In this document: piece by piece, positions 57,025 to 64,000 of the stretch | Layout of the letters: each line of letters starts with the position of its first letter | Numbering within the stretch: the first letter of the stretch is position 1 | Source of the DNA: Eledone cirrhosa | Lineage: Eukaryota | Direction: 5' to 3' | DNA: 64,000 bases | NCBI GenBank assembly: GCA_964016885.1 | Contig: OZ024743.1 | Location: 181,784,001-181,848,000 of the forward strand | The notes under the pieces: generated by a model | The model's database searches: none | Told to the model about the DNA's origin: nothing | Seen by the model: only the letters and a program-made list of their open reading frames with translations | Made by a program: the position numbers and the translations under genes

Positions 57025-60000
57025 AAATTGGAATAAATGCTCTGAAATAGCGATATATATGTGCAGATAGACATAGAATATTCAAAAATATTCTGTATGT
57101 TTATAATAAACATTTTGAAGACCTAATCGCTATAGAATAGAATACGTCACGTATTACAATTAGATTCTCGATAAAAGCAAGGGAAGTAACCTACGCGTTT
57201 CATTCTTATTAGAAATCTTCAGGATTACATATCCAGTGCTTTTATCGAGAATGACACAGCTAGAGACTTATAGAATACTTAGCTGTGTACAGGAACTGGT
57301 TTGAAAGAGCGGTTGCCGGTCCGGCAGAAATTAGAAATTGGAATAAATGCTCTGAAATAGCGATATATATGTGAAGATAGACATAGAATATTCGAAAATA
57401 TTCTGTATGTTTATAATAAACATTTTGAAGACCTAATCGCTATAGAATAGAATACGTCACGTATTACAATTAGATTCTCGATAAAAGCAAGGGAAGTAAC
57501 CTACGCGTTTCATTCTTATTAGAAATCTTCAGGATTACATATCCAGTGCTTTTATCGAGAATGACACAGCTAGAGACTTATAGAATACTTAGCTGTGTAC
57601 AGGAACTGGTTTGAAAGAGCGGTTGCCGGTCCGGCAGAAATTAGAAATTGGAATAAATGCTCTGAAATAGCGATATATATGTGAAGATAGACATAGAATA
57701 TTCGAAAATATTCTGTATGTTTATAATAAACATTCTGAAGATTTCTAATAAGAATGAAACGCGTAGGTTACTTCCCTTGCTTTTATCGAGAATCTAATTG
57801 TAATACGTGACGTATTCTATTCTATAGCGATTAGGTCTTCAAAATGTTTATTATAAACATACAGAATATTTTCGAATATTCTATGTCTATCTTCACATAT
57901 ATATCGCTATTTCAGAGCATTTATTCCAATTTCTAATTTCTGCCGGACCGGCAACCGCTCTTTCAAACCAGTTCCTGTACACAGCTAAGTATTCTATAAG
58001 TCTCTAGCTGTGTCATTCTCGATAAAAGCACTGGATATGTAATCCTGAAGATTTCTAATAAGAATGAAACGCGTAGGTTACTTCCCTTGCTTTTATCGAG
58101 AATCTAATTGTAATACGTGACGTATTCTATTCTATAGCGATTAGGTCTTCAAAATGTTTATTATAAACATACAGAATATTTTCGAATATTCTATGTCTAT
58201 CTTCACATATATATCGCTATTTCAGAGCATTTATTCCAATTTCTAATTTCTGCCGGACCGGCAACCGCTCTTTCAAACCAGTTCCTGTACACAGCTAAGT
58301 ATTCTATAAGTCTCTAGCTGTGTCATTCTCGATAAAAGCACTGGATATGTAATCCTGAAGATTTCTAATAAGAATGAAACGCGTAGGTTACTTCCCTTGC
58401 TTTTATCGAGAATCTAATTGTAATACGTGACGTATTCTATTCTATAGCGATTAGGTCTTCAAAATGTTTATTATAAACATACAGAATATTTTCGAATATT
58501 CTATGTCTATCTTCACATATATATCGCTATTTCAGAGCATTTATTCCAATTTCTAATTTCTGCCGGACTGGCAACAGCTCTTTCAAACCAGTTCCTGTAC
58601 ACAGCTAAGTATTCTATAAGTCTCTAGCTGTGTCATTCTCGATAAAAGCACTGGATATGTAATCCTGAAGATTTCTAATAAGAATGAAACGCGTAGGTTA
58701 CTTCCCTTGCTTTTATCGAGAATCTAATTGTAATACGTGACGTATTCTATTCTATAGCGATTAGGTCTTCAAAATGTTTATTATAAACATACAGAATATT
58801 TTCGAATATTCTATGTCTATCTTCACATATATATCGCTATTTCAGAGCATTTATTCCAATTTCTAATTTCTGCCGGACCGGCAACCGCTCTTTCAAACCA
58901 GTTCCTGTACACAGCTAAGTATTCTATAAGTCTCTAGCTGTGTCATTCTCGATAAAAGCACTGGATATGTAATCCTGAAGATTTCTAATAAGAATGAAAC
59001 GCGTAGGTTACTTCCCTTGCTTTTATCGAGAATCTAATTGTAATACGTGACGTATTCTATTCTATAGCGATTAGGTCTTCAAAATGTTTATTATAAACAT
59101 ACAGAATATTTTCGAATATTCTATGTCTATCTTCACATATATATCGCTATTTCAGAGCATTTATTCCAATTTCTAATTTCTGCCGGACCGGCAACCGCTC
59201 TTTCAAACCAGTTCCTGTACACAGCTAAGTATTCTATAAGTCTCTAGCTGTGTCATTCTCGATAGAAGCACTGGATATGTAATCCTGAAGATTTCTAATA
59301 AGAATGAAACGCGTAGGTTACTTCCCTTGCTTTTATCGAGAATCTAATTGTAATACGTGACGTATTCTATTCTATAGCGATTAGGTCTTCAAAATGTTTA
59401 TTATAAACATACAGAATATTTTCGAATATTCTATGTCTATCTTCACATATATATCGCTATTTCAGAGCATTTATTCCAATTTCTAATTTCTGCCGGACCG
59501 GCAACCGCTCTTTCAAACCAGTTCCTGTACACAGCTAAGTATTCTATAAGTCTCTAGCTGTGTCATTCTCGATAAAAGCACTGGATATGTAATCCTGAAG
59601 ATTTCTAATAAGAATGAAACGCGTAGGTTACTTCCCTTGCTTTTATCGAGAATCTAATTGTAATACGTGACGTATTCTATTCTATAGCGATTAGGTCTTC
59701 AAAATGTTTATTATAAACATACAGAATATTTTCGAATATTCTATGTCTATCTTCACATATATATCGCTATTTCAGAGCATTTATTCCAATTTCTAATTTC
59801 TGCCGGACCGGCAACCGCTCTTTCAAACCAGTTCCTGTACACAGCTAAGTATTCTATAAGTCTCTAGCTGTGTCATTCTCGATAAAAGCACTGGATATGT
59901 AATCCTGAAGATTTCTAATAAGAATGAAACGCGTAGGTTACTTCCCTTGTTTTTATCGAGAATCTAATTGTAATACGTGACGTATTCTATTCTATAGCGA

Positions 60001-60070
60001 TTAGGTCTTCAAAATGTTTATTATAAACATACAGAATATTTTCGAATATTCTATGTCTATCTTCATATAT
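57025..60070. mobile_element. 310-bp tandem array with one hammerhead per unit (retrozyme-like), ~2.3 units on - then ~7.5 units on +
   Basis: Exact 310-bp period (GATAAAAGCA at 58021, 58331, 58641, 58951, 59261 variant, 59571, 59881); inversion at ~57735; (TA)n at both ends. Confidence 0.9.
58015..58103 (+). ncRNA. Type-I minimal hammerhead ribozyme (representative of 9 complete copies plus 1 junction copy)
   Basis: Stem I GTAATC/GGTTAC, CTGAAGA 58045-58051, stem II TTCT-AATA-AGAA, GAAA, palindromic ACGCGT, GUA cleavage site after 58075, distal 16-bp perfect helix. Confidence 0.85.
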
Positions 60071-60080
60071 ATATATAGAA

Positions 60081-60117
<37 letters not shown>

Positions 60118-60152
60118 GTTTTTTATGTCCCACAGGGTAAAAATATAAGGAA

Positions 60153-60343
60153 AAGGAATTGAAAATACAATTGGAGTCTTTTAAGAATATTTTTTTTACG
60201 TTACCGAATTCACAAGACAAACCACAACAGAAATACAAACCCTCCATCTCAATTTTTCTTTTGAAAATCATAAGAACTGTGAAACCGGTAAAGTAAATAA
60301 ATATTCTTAAAAGACTCCAGTTGCATTTTCAATTTCTTTTCCT

Positions 60344-60347
<4 letters not shown>
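60153..60347 (+). mobile_element. Fold-back derivative of the PLE-4 3' end with a U3-A8 hammerhead (60255-60297)
   Basis: ~50-bp inverted arms; CTT TTGAAAA TCAT-AAGAA-CTGT GAAA CCGG TA AAG; homologous to 61365-61500 (-). Confidence 0.7.
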
Positions 60348-60405
<58 letters not shown>

Positions 60406-60526
60406 GGTGAGTAATATTGTAGAACAATAAAACTATGCAAATATCAGATAAGTAACACTCAACATTTGGTAGAACTGGAGTATATATTAAAGAAGAAATT
60501 AAAAGATGGTTAAAAAAAGTTCCATA

Positions 60527-60596
60527 TATTTTATTATGCGCATTTCGAAAACAACATCATCCTCGGACAAAAATTGTGTTCTCATCAGATAAAATA
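60527..60596 (-). ncRNA. Minimal hammerhead, inverted copy of 60785-60854
   Basis: Reverse complement of the + copy. Confidence 0.8.
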
Positions 60597-60626
60597 AGAT
60601 AACATGATATGAAGCCTAAAAACACT

Positions 60627-60786
60627 TTCCTGTTGACAAGTGATTTTAGGCCTCATATCATGTTACCTTATGTAGACTTTGCACCTTCCTGTTGACAAGT
60701 ATTTTAGGCCTCATATCATGTTACCTTATGTAGACTTTGCACCTTCCTGTTGACAAGTATTTTAGGCCTCATATCATGTTACCTTA
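60627..60786. repeat. ~59-bp tandem repeat (~2.7 copies) between the two inverted hammerheads
   Basis: TTCCTGTTGACAAGTATTTTAGGCCTCATATCATGTTACCTTATGTAGACTTTGCACC repeated. Confidence 0.9.
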
Positions 60787-60854
60787 TTTTATCTGATGAG
60801 AACACAATTTTTGTCCCAGGATGATGTTGTTTTCGAAATGCGCATAATAAAATA
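60785..60854 (+). ncRNA. Minimal type-I hammerhead with canonical core
   Basis: TATTTTAT CTGATGA GAACACAAT..GTTGTTTTC GAA ATGCGCAT A ATAAAATA. Confidence 0.85.
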
Positions 60855-60886
60855 TATGAAACTTTTTTAACCATCTTTTAATTTCT

Positions 60887-60974
<88 letters not shown>

Positions 60975-61002
60975 AAAATAAATTGAAAATGCAACTATAT
61001 GT

Positions 61003-61215
61003 ATGTGGAGTCAATATTGTCCCTGTGAATCATTGTCAGTGACAATACCTATCACTAAAGCTTTAGATGATTACTACACACGAATGCTAAGAAGGATAAA
61101 AAAAACATTAAACCTCTTGACTGTGTTACAAACAAAATTCTCTACGGCAACCTCCCGCCTATTAGCGATGCCATCTGTGTCAGGAGTTTTCAACTTGCAG
61201 ACCATATCATGAGAG
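61003..61215 (+). pseudogene. RTE-X/RTE LINE fragment
   Basis: VESIL..CES..LDDYYTRMLR..TNKILYGNLPPIS..QLADHIMR. Confidence 0.65.
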
Positions 61216-61229
61216 TCAACGGATCTGAT

Positions 61230-61285
<56 letters not shown>

Positions 61286-61364
61286 CCATACCATCTGTGT
61301 CAGATGTCTTCAACTTGCAGGTCATATCATGAGAGGAAACGAACATGATATATATATATATAGA

Positions 61365-64000
61365 AAAAAAGATGAAATCGAAAATGCAACTGGAGTCTTA
61401 TTTTTAAAAAAATATATTTATTTGGTTCCTTTATCGGTTTCGCAGTTCTTCTGCTTTTCAAACGTAGAGTTGAGATGGAGGGTCTGTGGTTTTTCTCACA
61501 TCTGGTTGGTCTCTGAATTTTACTTGTTTTATATGGAAAAAAGTGGCTCGAAATGCCAGGTTTTTAGAGAAGTAATTTGATTGGTTGGTCAATAATTATA
61601 ATAAATTTCGCGCCAGTTCGCGTTACAAAGTTCTTCAAACAAGGGGGGGGGGCACAGGTTGTTTTTTTCATATGAGTGTTTGAATTTCTTTTTACTTAAA
61701 AAAAGGGCCTCACGAAGGCGTTTTTAATAAACGTAATTTGATTGGTTATAAATGAAATTATGGCTGTCACGTGAACAAGTTTCCATTAAATTTTCGCGCC
61801 CTTATTTGGAAATCTATTCTGTAGCTTTTTTAGAGAATTGTATGACAAGCAAAAGATAATGGTCAAGAGAAATTGGATGGGAGAATTGTTCTGGTTCAGT
61901 GAATATGGTTAGTTCGCTGGGGTGTCAGAATTCAGATTTTCTATTGAAGTAAAGAAAGTAAAGATGTGTATGTTTATTTGTGTGCTTGTGTGTGTGTGTG
62001 TGTGTTGAAAGATGATTCTATTAGTAGAAATGGGGGAGGGAGTTGTTGTGTGTGTGTGTGTGTGTGTATGGGTGTTATGTGTGTGTGTGTATGGGTGTTA
62101 TATGTGTGGGAGTATGGTTAGCATGTTAAGATGAAGAGAATATATATATATTGTGTGTGTGTGTGTAGGAAAATGATTCCTTTAGTAGGAATATTTTGAA
62201 TGAACATATTTTCCTTACTTATTCGTATTTGTTCTGTTGTATTGTCAGCGCAAACGTATGTTAAGGTTTATTTAGTTCGGGGTTTTATTTTCTAAAGTAG
62301 CAGGTGTTATGTGTGTGTGTATGTGTCTGTTTGGATGGTTAACATGTTATGGTGTTGACAATGTATATTAAACCATATTTAATGCTGGTCTATATTTTTG
62401 AATAAACATATTTTCCTTATTTATTCGTATTTTTCTGTTGTATTGTTAGCGCAAAGGTAAAATGGGAAGACTTGGAATTTGGGTGTCTTATTACTTGCGC
62501 ATATGTCTAGATGTGCGCTTAGTGGTATCTGTCTCGTGGTTGGATCTCGTAATTGTTGGCGATGAACTGTCATTTTGTTTCTGAGTGTGAGTTTAGTTTG
62601 TCCTATATAATCTTCATTGCATCCTTTACATTTAATGGCATAAAGTAGATTTTTTGATGAGCAAGTGAAGTGATGTTTTACAGCAAAATTTTGACCTGAT
62701 TTAAATGTATACGTGTTGCCTTCAATGAGGTGAGTGCAGTTTCCACAATTAAAGCGACCACATTTTTTGACAGTTGGTTGTGGGTTTGTGGTAGGTAATT
62801 TGGCATTGGTGAGTAATGTTTTTAGTGATTTTGGTTGTCTTTTGCTTTTGATTATTTTGTGTGTTTCAAGGGCTTTTTTCATTCTTGGGTTTTGTTTTAG
62901 TAGTGAGATGTTCTTGTGAATAGTGTTGTAAGCTTCCGCATTTCTTGTGTTGTGTGTTGAGATATATGATAGAATATCGGACGTACCTTGAATTTGTTTC
63001 TGTTTTCGTAATTCATCAATGCCTATTGCTTTAGCCCTTTCTATTCCATTTTTTATTAGTAATGGAGGGTACTCTCTTAATTGGAGACAATTGTGCAAAT
63101 TCTTCTTGCTAGGTTAAAAGGAATGTTCGTCTTCGTGTGCTTTGGATGGTTGGAGGTGAATAGCAGGTATTGTTTGGAATCTGTTGGTTTGTAGTGTATG
63201 TCAGTTTCAATATTTGTGTCTTTTTTTAAGATTAAGATGTCCAGAAATGGGAGTTGATCTTGGCTGTATTCCATTGTGAATTGGATGTCGTTATTGATGC
63301 CGTTAATTAAGTTTTTGAAATCCTTCAGTTGGTCGAGTGTGTGGGACCAAAGAATGAGACAATCATCCAAGTAGCGTTTCCAATTCTCTGATAAATATTT
63401 GTGGAAGTTCAATCCGTATTTTGATTTGGACTGTTCATATATCTGGACTTCTAAGTATGCCATGACTAAGTTGGCATAAGTTGGAGCGGCTTTTGTACCC
63501 ATCGCAGTCCCCGATATTTGCTTGTAAGTACTGCCACCGAAATAAAATAAGTTGTTCTGTAAGATGAATTTTAATCCCTCGGTGATGAAGCTTTTTTCTA
63601 TTCTGCCAGGTATCTCATTGGGATATTTCTCTAGCCAGAATCCTATTGTTTCTAGTCCGTATTGGTGTGGGATCGTTGTGTAGAGATTCACTACATCGAA
63701 AGACACAATAATAGTGTCGTTGTTGACATGTTTGGGGAGGTGGTTTAAGAGGTCTAGATCGTCTCTTACAAGGCTTGGTATGTATTTGAGAATTGGTTTT
63801 AGTAGTATGTCTATAAAGTTACTCAGTCTGTGTGTTTTACATTGTGGGCCCGCTACAATTGGTCTTAATTTAAGGTCTGTAGGGTATTGTGTGTTCACGC
63901 AGGCTGAGGTGGATTGTTTACAGGCATCGTTAATTATTTTACACTTGTGGATCTTCAGAAGTCCTTAAAGGTTGCTGGTTTTGTATTCAAAATGTGTTAA
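61365..64000 (-). mobile_element. Penelope-like element PLE-4 (Neptune-like), runs off the window end
   Basis: LRPIVA, FDVVNLYT, GTAMG, RYLDD, KPTDSKQYL, CGRFNCGNC linker, LYAIKCKGCNEDYIGQT, ending at ~62368 (PALNMV*); few frameshifts. Confidence 0.94.
61427..61466 (-). ncRNA. Hammerhead motif in the PLE-4 3' region, U3-A8 core
   Basis: TTGAAAA GCAG-AAGAA-CTGC GAAA CCGA TA AAG; stem I is weak in this copy. Confidence 0.6.

Overview
AT-rich, microsatellite-dense animal genomic DNA. The repeat landscape suggests a cephalopod (Octopus-like), but that is inference only. The one host coding feature found is the last exon of a DUSP6/7-type (MKP3) MAP kinase phosphatase (8119-8480, +). The rest is mostly retroelements. 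There are four Penelope-like element (PLE) families (RT and/or GIY-YIG). A 15-kb chain of three Tx1-clade LINEs, one R4/Dong LINE and one SINE is joined through (ATT)n. There are also CRE, RTE and RTE-X fragments, two tRNA-SINE families, mariner MITEs, and 21-, 51- and 58-bp minisatellites. The main unannotated signal is a set of minimal type-I hammerhead ribozyme (HHR) motifs. A near-identical 310-bp tandem array (57025-60070) carries one HHR per unit and has an internal inversion, as expected for a retrozyme or circular-RNA replicon. Each PLE family has an HHR motif in its 3' region, some with a U3-A8 core covariant. Several small fold-back elements with HHR or HHR-like cores sit in (TA)n tracts. 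All structures were folded by eye, none was tested, and element boundaries are approximate.
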